A stretch of 63,960 bases of DNA, counting the filler, from Octopus bimaculoides (Eukaryota), in the NCBI RefSeq assembly GCF_001194135.2. It is 10 parts of 8 records of this genome, joined end to end, with 100 filler letters (N's around TTAATTAATTAA, not from the genome) between each part and the next. Parts side by side here need not be neighbours in the genome. Positions count along the whole stretch, not along the records: positions 1 to 4,666 come from NC_068987.1; positions 4,767 to 8,372 come from NC_068981.1; positions 8,473 to 21,860 come from NC_069004.1; 7 more parts are not named here. The stretch is one strand, 5' to 3'. The notes below the pieces were generated by a model. It had not been told where the DNA came from and ran no database searches. It was given only the letters and a program-made list of their open reading frames with translations. The stretch's first letter is position 1. Each line of letters starts with the position of its first letter. Position numbers and translations under genes: made by a program. Positions 1 through 11,490 of the stretch are shown here, piece after piece.

Positions 1-222
1 ATCCATATATAAAAAGTGGCTGACTGTTTTTCCGTAACATTTGTATCCGCATCCAGTTCTATTTAGCAATTCAGTTAAAGGTGTGAGTGCCAGGCAGAAC
101 AGGAGTGGAGAGAGCGTGTCTTCCTGGAATATTCCTCTTATAATGGGGATGGCTTTCGTTTTCACAAGTCCCTCTTTTGTTTGGAGCTGTAACACTGTCT
201 GCCATTTGTTCATTGAGTGCCT

Positions 223-339
223 TATGTATGTATGTATGTATGTATGTATGTATGCATGTATGTATGTATGTATGTATGTATGTATGTATGCATGTATGTA
301 TGTATGTATGTATGTATGTATGTATGTATGTATGTATGT
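223..339. repeat. (TATG)n tetranucleotide microsatellite
   Basis: Directly visible tandem TATG with occasional TGCA variants; explains ORFs 41..412 and 177..380. Confidence 0.97.
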
Positions 340-344
340 CTTTG

Positions 345-495
345 AGTTTCTTCCCTACTGCTTGGCAACTGTTTCCGTGACTTCATGGTCCAGCAAAAGA
401 CCGATAACGTAAATACAGAGATCGATTTGTTCGATTAAACTCTTTCAAGGTTGTGCTCCAGCATTGCCGCAGTTAGATGAATGCAACAAGTAATA
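345..495 (-). mobile_element. SINE-like repeat, family C (GCGGCCATGCTGGAGCA / TTTTGCCGAACCGCTAAGTTACGG type), diverged copy
   Basis: Reverse complement matches the + strand copies at 778, 4500 and 16990 (GTGCTCCAGCATTGCCGCAG, AAAAGACCGATA, GATCGATTTGTTCGA). Confidence 0.7.
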
Positions 496-566
496 GAATG
501 TGACTAGGAAGAAACACCCGAAAGTATCAGTTAAACATAAAATTTGACAATAAGTAAGCAGACATA

Positions 567-730
567 ATGGAATTGAAAGCTTTTGAATATACAGATTATA
601 CAATACAGGATATGGAAAATTATATTGATCCGGATGATAATTTCTTCAATAATAAAATATCGATAACAACTGCTATTATTACACAGATCATCAAATATCA
701 ATTATCCATTTCCACAGCGAATGTCTAAAA
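567..730 (+). pseudogene. Relic of the N-terminus of a CR1/L2-group LINE ORF2, just before the APE domain
   Basis: Translates with a frameshift to MELKAFEYTDYTIQDMENYIDPDDNFFNNK / IDNNCYYYTDHQ...LSI, resembling from memory the IDPDxNFF...NNCxYY...LSIxHxN start of CR1/L2-group ORF2s. Confidence 0.55.
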
Positions 731-777
731 ATGTAAAACATCAAAGAATATTTATGATCTGTTCAAAGAATACATAT

Positions 778-989
778 TTTTTATTTGTTTCACCCATTGG
801 ACTGTAGCCATGCTGGAGCACCGCCTTGAACAGTTTAGTTAAAGAAATAAGACCCCTGTTCCGATAGGATAAGGGGGTAAGCCCAGCACTTATTCTGTCG
901 GTGTCTTTTGTCGAGCCACTAAGTTACGGGAATGTAAACAAATCCACACTGATTGCCTATTGGTACGGAGACACACACACACACACACA
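778..989 (+). mobile_element. SINE-like repeat, family C, with (CA)n tail
   Basis: GTAGCCATGCTGGAGCACCGCC...TTATTCTGTCGGTGTCTTTTGTCGAGCCACTAAGTTACGGGAATGTAAAC followed by (AC)n; homologous to copies at 345, 4500, 16990 and 57130. Confidence 0.75.
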
Positions 990-1628
990 NNNNNNNNNNN
1001 NNNNNNNNNNNNNNNNNNNNNNNNNNNNNNNNNNNNNNNNNNNNNNNNNNNNNNNNNNNNNNNNNNNNNNNNNNNNNNNNNNNNNNNNNNNNNNNNNNNN
1101 NNNNNNNNNNNNNNNNNNNNNNNNNNNNNNNNNNNNNNNNNNNNNNNNNNNNNNNNNNNNNNNNNNNNNNNNNNNNNNNNNNNNNNNNNNNNNNNNNNNN
1201 NNNNNNNNNNNNNNNNNNNNNNNNNNNNNNNNNNNNNNNNNNNNNNNNNNNNNNNNNNNNNNNNNNNNNNNNNNNNNNNNNNNNNNNNNNNNNNNNNNNN
1301 NNNNNNNNNNNNNNNNNNNNNNNNNNNNNNNNNNNNNNNNNNNNNNNNNNNNNNNNNNNNNNNNNNNNNNNNNNNNNNNNNNNNNNNNNNNNNNNNNNNN
1401 NNNNNNNNNNNNNNNNNNNNNNNNNNNNNNNNNNNNNNNNNNNNNNNNNNNNNNNNNNNNNNNNNNNNNNNNNNNNNNNNNNNNNNNNNNNNNNNNNNNN
1501 NNNNNNNNNNNNNNNNNNNNNNNNNNNNNNNNNNNNNNNNNNNNNNNNNNNNNNNNNNNNNNNNNNNNNNNNNNNNNNNNNNNNNNNNNNNNNNNNNNNN
1601 NNNNNNNNTATATATATACATATATATA

Positions 1629-1795
1629 TGACGGGTTTCATTCAGTTTCCGTCTACCAAATCCACACACAAGGCTTTGATCGGCCCGAGGCAATAGTAGA
1701 AGACACTTGCTCAAGGTGCCACGCAGTGGGACTGAACCAGGAACCATGTGGTTGGGAAGCAAGCTTCTTACCACAAGCCACGCCTGGGCCTATAC
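1629..1795 (-). mobile_element. CORE-type SINE
   Basis: Reverse complement contains GGCACCTTGAGCAAGTGTCTTCTACTATTGCCTCGGGCCGATCAAAGCCTTGTG...GGATTTGGTAGACGGAAACTGAA. The CCTTG(A/G)GCAAGT block resembles the CORE domain. Homologous copies at 27700, 42915 and 56810. Confidence 0.8.
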
Positions 1796-2289
1796 ACACA
1801 TACACACACATACCAGTGAGTGGATAAACGAAAAGAAAAGGCATTCAATACATTTAGTAGGAGTTTCACCTAAAGTTAAACTAAGTCACATGGAAATGAA
1901 TCAAACTGTATTAAGCAACAACAGCAACAATAATAATAATATTTATAAAAAAGTGGACTATAGCAAATATAAAGATAGGCTACAGCAAATATTCTGCTCA
2001 ATACCATAGATTTGCTTGTCAGTTGTTTCACCTTAACCAATTGAGCATGTCCCTTAGTGGCTGACGATATGTACATCTCTGATCATGAGCAGAAGTAGCG
2101 GGGGAGCATCATAGCCATGTGTCGAGTAGAATTCTTTGGAGTTTGAATAATAAACCCGTTAAATATGTGTGTACATGAGGGGCTTCCACACAGTTTCCAT
2201 CTCAAGGCATTGGTCAGTCCAGGGTGATAAGGGAATGCGACACAAGGAGACTGAATCCGAAGCTACAAGTTTGCGAAGCGGACCATGCA

Positions 2290-2900
2290 GCAAGGCCCGC
2301 GTATATTTGAGAACAATCTTTTTGCAATTTCTGTTAATCAACTTTATCATTAGAACCAGTTGGTGCCAGTTCATCATTGTAACTGAAGATAGCATACCTC
2401 GGTGTTGTTATTTTCTGTCATAAGTCCGCTACTTTGCCGGAAAGCAGTCAGCTGACTCTTTACAAGCTTAGTGCCTGATCGCAGGGCTCCTTTCCATCCA
2501 TTCTCCTCACAGCTTTTGTATACAACTGAGAGCTGATTTCCAGTTTAGAAACAACAATGTGTATTACTTCAAATCTTTCATTAGATTTTCCTATAGTATG
2601 ACTTATTTTATTCTTCACCTCCTGTAACCTTAGAGACTTTACTTCAAATACCAAGTCTATTGTAGTTTTATGTTGCAATCCCACTGTAAACTCGTCCATT
2701 AAATAGTCGAGCGCTCGTTTTTGTATCGTTGATTTTCTCAGCTACCATATTCTTTTCAATCTTACATTGCCTTGTTATGAGAGTGAAATGCGAGTGAATA
2801 TTCAAACTATATTTTCTTAATATTCTGTTGTTATTAGCAGATTCTTTCTTTCGTTTGTGATATTAAGGTTTTGACAATAATTTTCTTAAATTATATTTTA
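2290..2900 (-). pseudogene. Decayed C-terminus of an RLE-type non-LTR retrotransposon (restriction-like endonuclease region)
   Basis: Minus-strand TIDLVFEVKSLRLQEVKNKISH...VIHIVVS then INRNCKKIVLKYTRALLHG resembles the PD..(D/E)xK...K..KY...IPIV layout of RLE domains; heavily degraded. Confidence 0.4.
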
Positions 2901-3741
2901 TAAAATAGTTTTTTTCAGTGCGGTACTTATTTTATCAGTCTCTTTATCTCGAACGGCAACTGATGATGCACCAAAGTTTGATATGATTTCATTATATAAG
3001 TCCTCACCTTTAGTAATTTTCATAAAAAATTATCACTGGGACAGTAGTCAATGCAAGCGACTCAAAGCAGACACATTCTGGAGGGACAATATAAAGAAAT
3101 ATGGATACAGATCACTTCTTTGGAGATATGCTGTGCCTGAGAAGACCCGGCAAGCCAAGTGAGACCATAACCGTGACCTATGCCAGTGCAGCATAACCGG
3201 CCCATTTAAGAGTACCCTTCAATCATTGGGCAATAAACTGCGCTTGCGAAGACCTGTTGAGTCAAGTGAAGCCATTGTCGTGGCCAATGACAGTATTGCC
3301 TGATTGNNNNNNNNNNNNNNNNNNNNNNNNNNNNNNNNNNNNNNNNNNNNNNNNNNNNNNNNNNNNNNNNNNNNNNNNNNNNNNNNNNNNNNNNNNNNNN
3401 NNNNNNNNNNNNNNNNNNNNNNNNNNNNNNNNNNNNNNNNNNNNNNNNNNNNNNNNNNNNNNNNNNNNNNNNNNNNNNNNNNNNNNNNNNNNNNNNNNNN
3501 NNNNNNNNNNNNNNNNNNNNNNNNNNNNNNNNNNNNNNNNNNNNNNNNNNNNNNNNNNNNNNNNNNNNNNNNNNNNNNNNNNNNNNNNNNNNNNNNNNNN
3601 NNNNNNNNNNNNNNNNNNNNNNNNNNNNNNNNNNNNNNNNNNNNNNNNNNNNNNNNNNNNNNNNNNNNNNNNNNNNNNNNNNNNNNNNNNNNNNNNNNNN
3701 NNNNNNNNNNNNNNNNNNNNNNNNNNNNNNNNNNNNNNNNN

Positions 3742-3778
<37 letters not shown>

Positions 3779-4499
3779 CATATATATAGTAGGTTATTTG
3801 TTATAGCCGGTGAGAGAGTTTCGCACCTATATGGCGCGTAGCTGTATACGCACACGCACATCCCCCCATATATATATTGCATTAATTTCCGAGTGTTTCA
3901 TTGAAATTCAATGCCACGAATATTGTTATATTATGCAATGATATATGCAACCAATTTTTAACACCCGAATGAAATTACATATATGTTGTACATGTATTGC
4001 TGATATGAGTTTTATTGGAATATAACTGTCAGTTAGTTATATTTAACCATATATTTAACAAAGTATCTTTAATCATAACTTAGTCGGTTGACACTGTTAT
4101 CACTTGTTATAATTTATTCTCTGTAAGCTGATTACTACTTCTGGCAGCTGAAATGCCTCGTCTTTGATGTATTCCAGACATGCAACTCAGTTACTCATAT
4201 GAAATATAGTCAGTCGAAACAATTTCCATTAACTGAGATTATCGTCGAGAGCTGATCAAAACCTACAAAACAACAACAAAAACAAAATATGAGGTTCATA
4301 CCATGCTTCCAGATATGTTCTCCTGTTTCAAACCACCATGAAAGTTTACCATGGTCTTAATGGTTTATTTAAGACAATATTTCCTCCAATACACACCGAA
4401 AATTCGTTCGCCATCAAAAGACCATCAGAAAAACAGAAGATTTCTTCATATATGACTCACCCTGTAGCCTCTGTCGTCTTTTTACTTGTGTTCTTTTTC

Positions 4500-4666
4500 T
4501 CTTTTACTTGCTTCAGTCATTGAATTACGGCCATGTTGGAGCAGCCCCTTGTAGGGTTAGTCGAACAAATCGACCCCAGTCCTTATTTTATGTTCAGTAC
4601 ATATAGTATCGATCTCTTGTCAAATCCAAATCAACAGTAGTTGTCTAGCAATAGGAGGACACACAC
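4500..4666 (+). mobile_element. SINE-like repeat, family C
   Basis: TTCAGTCATTGAATTACGGCCATGTTGGAGCAGC...TAGTCGAACAAATCGACCCCAG; homologous to the 778 copy. Confidence 0.7.
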
Positions 4667-4766
4667 NNNNNNNNNNNNNNNNNNNNNNNNNNNNNNNNNN
4701 NNNNNNNNNNTTAATTAATTAANNNNNNNNNNNNNNNNNNNNNNNNNNNNNNNNNNNNNNNNNNNN
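4667..4766. other. Assembly gap marker: 44 N + TTAATTAATTAA + 44 N (linker also at 8417, 21905, 35453, 47345, 56020, 57636, 58920, 62607)
   Basis: Same 12-mer centred in 100-bp N blocks nine times; palindromic with stops in all six frames. Confidence 0.97.
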
Positions 4767-4767
4767 A

Positions 4768-4984
4768 CGTGCCACCGGCACAAGGGCCAGTCAGGCGGGT
4801 ACTGGCAACGGCCACGCTCGAAATGGTGTTTTACGTGCCACCTGCACAGGAGCCAGTCTATCGGCACTGGTAACGATCTCACTCGGTTGTCTTACTGGCA
4901 AAGGCCACGCTCGAAATGGTGTATTACGTGTCACCTGCACAGGAGCCAGTCCATCGGCACTGCCAACGATCTCGCTCAAATGCT
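4768..4984 (-). repeat. Modular dispersed repeat with an internal 93-bp tandem duplication
   Basis: ACTGGCAA(C/A)GGCCACGCTCGAAATGGTGT...CCTGCACAGGAGCCAGTC...ACGATCTC starts at 4801 and again at 4894; reverse-complement homolog at ~8000-8190. Confidence 0.8.
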
Positions 4985-5142
4985 TATATGTATATATGCA
5001 TGTATATATATATATATATATGTATGCATGTATATATATATATATATATATATGCATATATATATGTATGCATATACATATGTACGTATATATATGTATG
5101 TATGTATATATGGTTGTATGTATGTATGTATATATATAAATC

Positions 5143-7615
5143 TCACCCTTAACTGAAGAAATCTAACACTACTTTTGACCCAAATCATGCAAAATTCTAG
5201 GGGGTGTTCATAATGCCTACTGAAGTTTTTACCAAACTTAGTGTGCTGACTTAATGCAATGCAGAAGCAGTATATCTCAAATTTCAGCTTTCAAGTTTAA
5301 TTTGTTTAGGAGTTATAGAGTTTTTAATTTGTTACCACTTGGGCCCTACTTTAGGAAATAAACTCTTCCTCTTCTTTTTATTTCTGTGACACTAAAGACT
5401 CTGACTATACTAACTGTTTTTGAAAATAGTAGGCTTATCCAAGTAGAGTATCTAAAATAATGTCTCATAAATGAAGTGCTCATGTCACTCAAAGAAACAA
5501 AAAGATCTGGCTGATGAATCTTGTGCAATTTCAAGACTTACATAGGAAAAGAAGACCTGTTCATCTAGAAGAGCATTCTTTGGGAAAGCAACTGCGGGAT
5601 ACCAATGAAATTTAAAATTGTCGGTTGCTACCTGTTCTTTGGAGGTACCATCAGAGGAAGGAAAGAAAGTAGAAAGGAAATTTTGAAATAAGTAACTTTT
5701 TTATGGCAAAAGAAATTAAATTTCACATATCCGTCAATTCAAAATGTACAAGCAAAAGTAGAAAAAGTGCTGAATACCTATGATAAATGTGTAAAACGAG
5801 GAAAATACGATTCATTGAAAGGAGTTTTTGACATCACAAAGGAAAACAGTGAATGCAAGGGACAGGTTAGATATGGAACTGAAAAGGCAGCCAGCTCCGA
5901 AACTATCCATCCATTCAAACGAAGAAAAGTGTCCTTAATGCCAACTTCAACCAGAGCAATTCCAGTATGATTGTCAATGTCTGAAGCAGAGACTGAAAGT
6001 GAATATGAAGAGACCAAAAAATCAGATGAAGAATCCACACAAACAAGGAAGAAGTATAGCAAAACTGGAACTGCTATCAACCCAAAAAGCAACAACAGTT
6101 ATCTCAAGATGGAATCAATGTCGAGACTCCTTCCCAATCTGGTATTTACAGATCGACTATCAAAGAAGCTGTTAAAATGAAAATTAAGATAACACTACAT
6201 TTGGAAAACTGGTCATTGTATTTTGATGGTAAACATATTGATGACCAAGAACACCAAGTGCTAGTTTTAAAGAATGAACAGAGAGAAGTTAAGTTGGAAG
6301 AAATTCAATTACAAATGGAAAAGCCGATACTGTTGTGAAAGGAATAACAGCTGTTTCAGATGAATGCAATTTATGGAACTGTGTAAAGATGATTGTTGCT
6401 AATAGGGGTGTGAACATTGGGAAAAGAAATGGCATTTTCATTCAGTTGCAAAGACTCTTTGCTCAAAAGGATTTGAAAGAACTGCAATTTACTGGTTGTC
6501 AACATGATATCCTTGATAGAAATCTTTGTGTTATAATGGATAACGAACTTGGAGAAAAAATGTCATCTCCCAATATTGAAAATACATTCATCCCAGAGCT
6601 TTTAAGTAATTAGGAGAAACTCCAGGCTAATTTCAACAATGGTGAAGAAAAGATTACTGAATCAGCAGGATGGTAAGATGGCATGAAATTTCTATTTCAT
6701 TTGACCAGAGTTTTTCATTTCTTTGAAGAAACCGGAAAATTTCCGGCTATAAAGTTTCAAAAAATACCCAACTCAAGTAATGCAAGATGGAATTCTCAAG
6801 CAATAATAGCTCTTCTGGCATTTATTCTTCTACCAGAGAAAAGAGTTTTGCTTCTCAATGTTTGTCAATTCAGCTCTTAAAGCTGGGCAAATTTTTGGTT
6901 TACTGGCCAAATGTTCAATGCACATGATTATCAGAAGTTATGTGGTAGCCTGCAAGTTCATAAAAGAGCATTGAATGCTGTAAAAAACTTTTGGAGTTGA
7001 GAATCATAAAACCTGGAAATTTTCAGAACAAATCAGAGTGCAGAAAGGGCAATCAAGTGCCTTCAAGATCTTTATGTTTGTAAAAAGAAGAAACTTCAGT
7101 TTTGATTTATTTTATCTAACAAAACATTAATTCTTTGTTATGTTTAAAAATTTGCTAACATTCAGCACCCTATTTCTTATACAGTTATTATAAATAAACC
7201 TATAAAGGTAAAAAATATGTAATATTTTTAATTTTGTATGTTATCGAACGCTTGTAGTTGCCTCTTTCTTAAAATAGCATAGTTTTGAACCTTTGCATAG
7301 AGCAATTTCAATTCAGTAATCTTGAGAATGTATGAATACACATTTATTCCACATCTCTCTTCTGTTTACAAGGATTTAGGCAGCAGAAATACTGAAGTGT
7401 GAATCTAGTGTCATCTAGTGATTATAGTTTAAAAAACCCATATCTCTGTAACTACTTCAACTACAAAGCTGAAATTTCAGATATACTATTTCTGCATTGT
7501 ATTCAGTCAGCACACCAAGTTTGGTAAAAACTTGAGCAGGCGATACAAATCCACACTAGAATTTTGCATGATTTGGGTCAAGCATGGTGATTGATTTTTT
7601 TAAAGTTGGGGGTGA
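5143..7615 (+). mobile_element. Class II DNA transposon with ~180 bp terminal or subterminal inverted repeats and decayed transposase
   Basis: Left arm 5143-~5320 (TCACCC...TTGACCCAAATCATGCAAAATTCTAG...AAGTTTTTACCAAACTTAGTGTGCTGACT...AAATTTCAGCTTT) is the reverse complement of ~7437-7615. No TSD identified. Confidence 0.85.
5767..7130 (+). pseudogene. Frameshifted DDE transposase, hAT-like fold (CxxH and RW motifs)
   Basis: Joined ORF fragments give LYFDGKHIDDQEHQVLVLKNE (~6222), MIVA-NRGVNIGKRNG (second Asp apparently lost), GCQHDILD (~6497), NARWNS (~6779) and RTNQSAERAIKCLQD (~7026). Multiple stops and frameshifts; superfamily assignment tentative. Confidence 0.75.
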
Positions 7616-7779
7616 CATTTTTTTCAAATAAAGCAAAATAAATGTTACTTTCCTGACTTCATCATCATCGTTTAACGTCNNNNNNNNNNNNNNNNNNNNN
7701 NNNNNNNNNNNNNNNNNNNNNNNNNNNNNNNNNNNNNNNNNNNNNNNNNNNNNNNNNNNNNNNNNNNNNNNNNNNNNNN

Positions 7780-7865
7780 CAAACCCAAACTGCATCTCAT
7801 CTAAACCGACTCTCTCCCTAATTAGTTGGGCTATGACCCTCTCCATGACGTGACCGATGACAGTA
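7780..7865 (-). pseudogene. RTE-clade LINE reverse transcriptase fragment
   Basis: Minus strand reads VIGHVMERVIAQLIRERVGLDEMQFGF, matching the MK..ERV...LR....DE.QFGF segment at the start of RTE RT domains. Confidence 0.75.
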
Positions 7866-8325
7866 CCGCCTAATTGGCACTCGTGCCAGTGGAACGTTAA
7901 AAGGACCATCCGAGAGTGATTGTTGCTAAGACCGCTTATTGGCTCCCTTGCCGGTGGCACGTAAAAACCACAATTCGAGCATAGTCGTAGCCAGCGTCAC
8001 CTTACTGGCACGTGAGCAACAACATTTGAGCATAGCTGTTGCCAGTGCCGCTGGACTGGCTCCTGTGCAGGTAGCACATAAAAACACCTTTTGAGCACAG
8101 TCTTTGCCAGAACCAGCTGACGGGCCCTTGTGCCGCCNNNNNNNNNNTGCCAGAACCAGCTGACGGGCCCTTGTGCCGCCGGCACGTAAAAAGCACCCAC
8201 TACACTCTCGGAGTGGTTGGTGTTAGGAAGGGCATCCAGCTGGCGAAGACCAGACCAGATTGAGCCTCTGGCTCACCAGTCCCCAGTCAAACCGTCCAGC
8301 AGACGTTAAATGATGATGATGATGA
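7866..8325 (+). mobile_element. Modular dispersed repeat (GGCACGTAAAA modules, GTTAGGAAGGGCATCCAGCT block, (GAT)n tail), RTE-associated-like
   Basis: Repeated TGCCAG...GGCACGTAAAA modules, ends CAGACGTTAAATGATGATGATGATG; inverse homolog at 4768-4984. Confidence 0.65.
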
Positions 8326-8336
8326 CATACATATGT

Positions 8337-8372
<36 letters not shown>

Positions 8373-8472
8373 NNNNNNNNNNNNNNNNNNNNNNNNNNNN
8401 NNNNNNNNNNNNNNNNTTAATTAATTAANNNNNNNNNNNNNNNNNNNNNNNNNNNNNNNNNNNNNNNNNNNN

Positions 8473-8500
<28 letters not shown>

Positions 8501-8553
<53 letters not shown>
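8501..8553. repeat. (AAT)n microsatellite
   Basis: Direct observation. Confidence 0.95.
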
Positions 8554-8556
<3 letters not shown>

Positions 8557-8846
8557 AAATAATATGTGAGTATATGCATATATACGTACATGTATATATA
8601 GATGCATATCTGGGTACAGGACGTCACAAAAAAACGTGGTCAAAATGATAAACAGAACATAAACAAAACACAGGAAACAAACAGGCCACATAGAGAACAT
8701 TTCCTTCATCAGCTGCCCCTATTCTAAACTAAGCGTTTCGAAGAGTTAGGGATGTATGTATGTATGTATGTATGTATGTATGTATGCACGCATGCACGTA
8801 TTAGTGTGCAAATGTGTTAAATGTGTGTATGTGCGCATGTGTGTAA

Positions 8847-8886
<40 letters not shown>

Positions 8887-9445
8887 GTAAAGGAAATTAA
8901 TTTGTATCCAGTTGATACATGACCAAAAGGGTGACTCTTTTAATTTTAATTATTGGCTTTGTGGGTGAAGGGAACAGAGGGATGAGTAGACGTTTCGGAG
9001 ACTGGTTTTTCATCAAAATTGGTAATGAGAAATAAAACAAAATGAAAGAAAAGAAAAACATTGTTTGTTCTCGGTTGTTTCACGCTTGGATAATAAACAC
9101 AAAGAAGGGGGAAGTAAGGCTTTTCAGGAAAGAATTGCGAACAATAGTAAGGAAAATAAGCGTAGCTGAAGTGGGGGGAAATGATTAAGGTTTATAGTGT
9201 TTGTGAGATAATCTTTGGATATGAGATGGAGAGGGTGAGTGAGGGAGCAAATTAGAAGATCAGTGTATGAGCAGGGGTGTTGTGTGTATAGTGAATAAGG
9301 TAAAGTGTTAATGGGGAGGCTTGTTTACAAGGGGTTAAGTGTAGGGGTGAAGATATATGAGGAGTGAAGGGTAAAGCGTTAATATTAGGTGTGTGCGAAA
9401 GGAGCTTGCGTGTATGTGAAGTAATAAAATGTGTGAGCGAGACTC

Positions 9446-9489
<44 letters not shown>

Positions 9490-9599
9490 TGTGTGCGTGG
9501 TGAATGAAGTATTGTTTTAGTGGGCGGTGTTTACAGGTGATCAAGTGTGCTGGGGGTAGATATATGAGGGGTTGGCGGGGTGAAGTGAATATTGCTTTC

Positions 9600-9745
9600 A
9601 AATTAAGGCGCAAGACCAGAAATTTCGAGTGAGAGAGAGGAAGTTGTTTACATCGACCCCAGTGTTCAGTTGGTACTTATTTTATCGACCTCGGGGGAAT
9701 TTGAACTCAGAACGTAAGGACGGACGAAACGCCGCTCAGCGTTTT
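9600..9745 (-). mobile_element. SINE family B, partial
   Basis: CATCGACCCCAGTGTTCAGTTGGTACTTATTTTATCGACC...GAATTTGAACTCAGAACGTAAGGACGGACGAAAC; homologous to the 38521 and 63705 copies. Confidence 0.75.
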
Positions 9746-10027
9746 TAGACTGAAGTGTATATTATGAGCTTATGAAGCTGGTTTATGTTATGCGTACGTT
9801 TTAGTGACGAGATATTTAAACGAAAATAGTAAGCGCGCAGGGTTGTGTGAGAGTGTGTATGTCAATGTAAGTTGAGTGAGAAGTGCGTAAGGCACGGTTG
9901 TACTCAATATGGGTGTATAGAAGATGGAGTATAATATATATTAGTGCATGGATGTTGGGTATTTGTGTACGTGTTAGGGTATATGTGTACATGCGTTATG
10001 AGAGGGAATGGATAAGGACTGAAGTGC

Positions 10028-10068
<41 letters not shown>

Positions 10069-10127
10069 AAGTGTTTTAAATGAACGTTAGTTACTAGTGC
10101 CAGTAGGAATAGATGCAGTTAAAGGCA

Positions 10128-10378
10128 AAGTTTATCTTCTCGAGTCATACCGACCCATAAGGGCCGGTTTCCCGGTTTCCATGGCGTATATATTCTCAAA
10201 CTGAACGGGACGCCGGTCCGTCGTAGGGTTACTCACTTATGTCAGCTAAGAGGACTGGAGCAACGTGAAATAGAGTGTTTTGCTCAAGAACGCAACACAT
10301 CGCTCAGTCCAGGAATCGAAACCACAATCTTACGATCGTGAGTCCAACACTTTGACCACGAAGCCACGCGACTCCACA
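10128..10378 (-). mobile_element. tRNA-derived SINE, family D
   Basis: Reverse complement starts TGTGGAGTCGCGTGGCTTCGTGGTCAAAGTGTTGGACTCACGATCGTAAGATTGTGGTTTCGATTCCTGGACTG (A- and B-box-like). Related pieces at 14831 and 44735. Confidence 0.7.
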
Positions 10379-11239
10379 AGGAATAGACGTGCTTAAGAGA
10401 AAAAATCTATCGTTGTTCGCGACGAAGGCGGGAAACGGGAGTATCATGGGTTTGTATAACCTGTAAAAGAACAAACGATGTGCTGGTGGAAATGGCCCTT
10501 AGAACTTAAGTGGTACAACACGAACTTGAGCTGTTATATGATGCTGCACCTAAGTTCAAGCAAGTGTTTTCGGAAGCAATCATGCAACTGGGGATCAGTT
10601 ATTCCATCCAACCGGCAACCGGTTTTCCGATATGAAGCAAGCTACAGAAATTGCATTTGATGCAGTAGCTAACAGCTTAAAGCAACAAATGAAGCGATTG
10701 CTAATATGGAAAGAGGAACCAGGTGCCTGAAAGGTGATGATGTGCAGCATCCAAAGGATGTAACAGAGATGGTGAATAATCTGTGAAGTTGAAAGTCACC
10801 CCGAATTACTATAGCGTCTTAAAGAAGGAAAAAGGATTTGGGGAAGACGTGAGAAGTAGTGGGTCGGTTCTGAGGTTACGGAGGCGTTATAGGACGGCGC
10901 ACTGGAGTCGAGGTTGGATGCAAAGGCAAAGGAAGTGAAGAGCTGTAGTTGATTGAGATAGTGGTTGGATGGATGGATGGTGGAGGTGGAGTTTGGGGAG
11001 TTTGGACAGCTTAGCTTATTAGGAATAACCGCATCTCAGGAGGAAACAGAAACATAGTGTATAACATAACCACGAAGCGAGAGCTTTGGTGAAGCGGAGG
11101 AGTTAAACCGCTGACGCATACTTAAGCCGGATGTTCCGAATTATTTACACATGTGTATACGTGCATGCTAATGTGTCTTTCAAATAATATGAAGCTATTC
11201 GTCCAGATATTCCTTCAAAAATTAAATTAGTGTAACTTA

Positions 11240-11490
11240 GGAACTTTTCAATTGATCCACGGCATTAGAAAATGACAATATTATATTCTAAACTGGCAAT
11301 GAGAAAACATCATCAAGGAAGTCCACAAGTGGGGTACAGAGACGTCTAGAAGCGAAACTTCATACTCAACAAGATACAATTAAAAAAGGTCACGTCTGTC
11401 GCAAGGAGCAGATAGCAGCTCAGAAATCTGTGTTGTGTTGACTGCGATGCACAAAACTAACGATAGCAAATGAAAAGAGGAAGGTTGACC
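11240..11490 (+). pseudogene. RTE LINE ORF2 C-terminal relic
   Basis: TTATATTCTAAACTGGCAATGAGAAAACATCATCAAGGAAGTCCACAAGTGGGGTACAGAGACGTC reads LYSKLAMRKHHQGSPQVGYRDV, resembling the RTE motif LYGEL..GKR..GRP..RYKD. Confidence 0.55.

Noticed and set aside
890-1827. Long ORFs spanning N runs (here and at 3.2, 11.5, 13, 15.5, 18.3, 19.1, 34.4, 39.4, 41, 45.6, 49.5, 51, 54, 59.8 and 61 kb)
   Set aside because: Open only because N codons are not stops; the flanks are microsatellites.
4711-4722. TTAATTAATTAA palindrome recurring nine times
   Set aside because: Always centred in 100-bp N blocks; an artificial six-frame-stop gap linker, not biology.
8108-8180. 33-bp direct repeat TGCCAGAACCAGCTGACGGGCCCTTGTGCCGCC
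   Set aside because: The two copies flank a 10-N gap; typical contig-overlap artefact.
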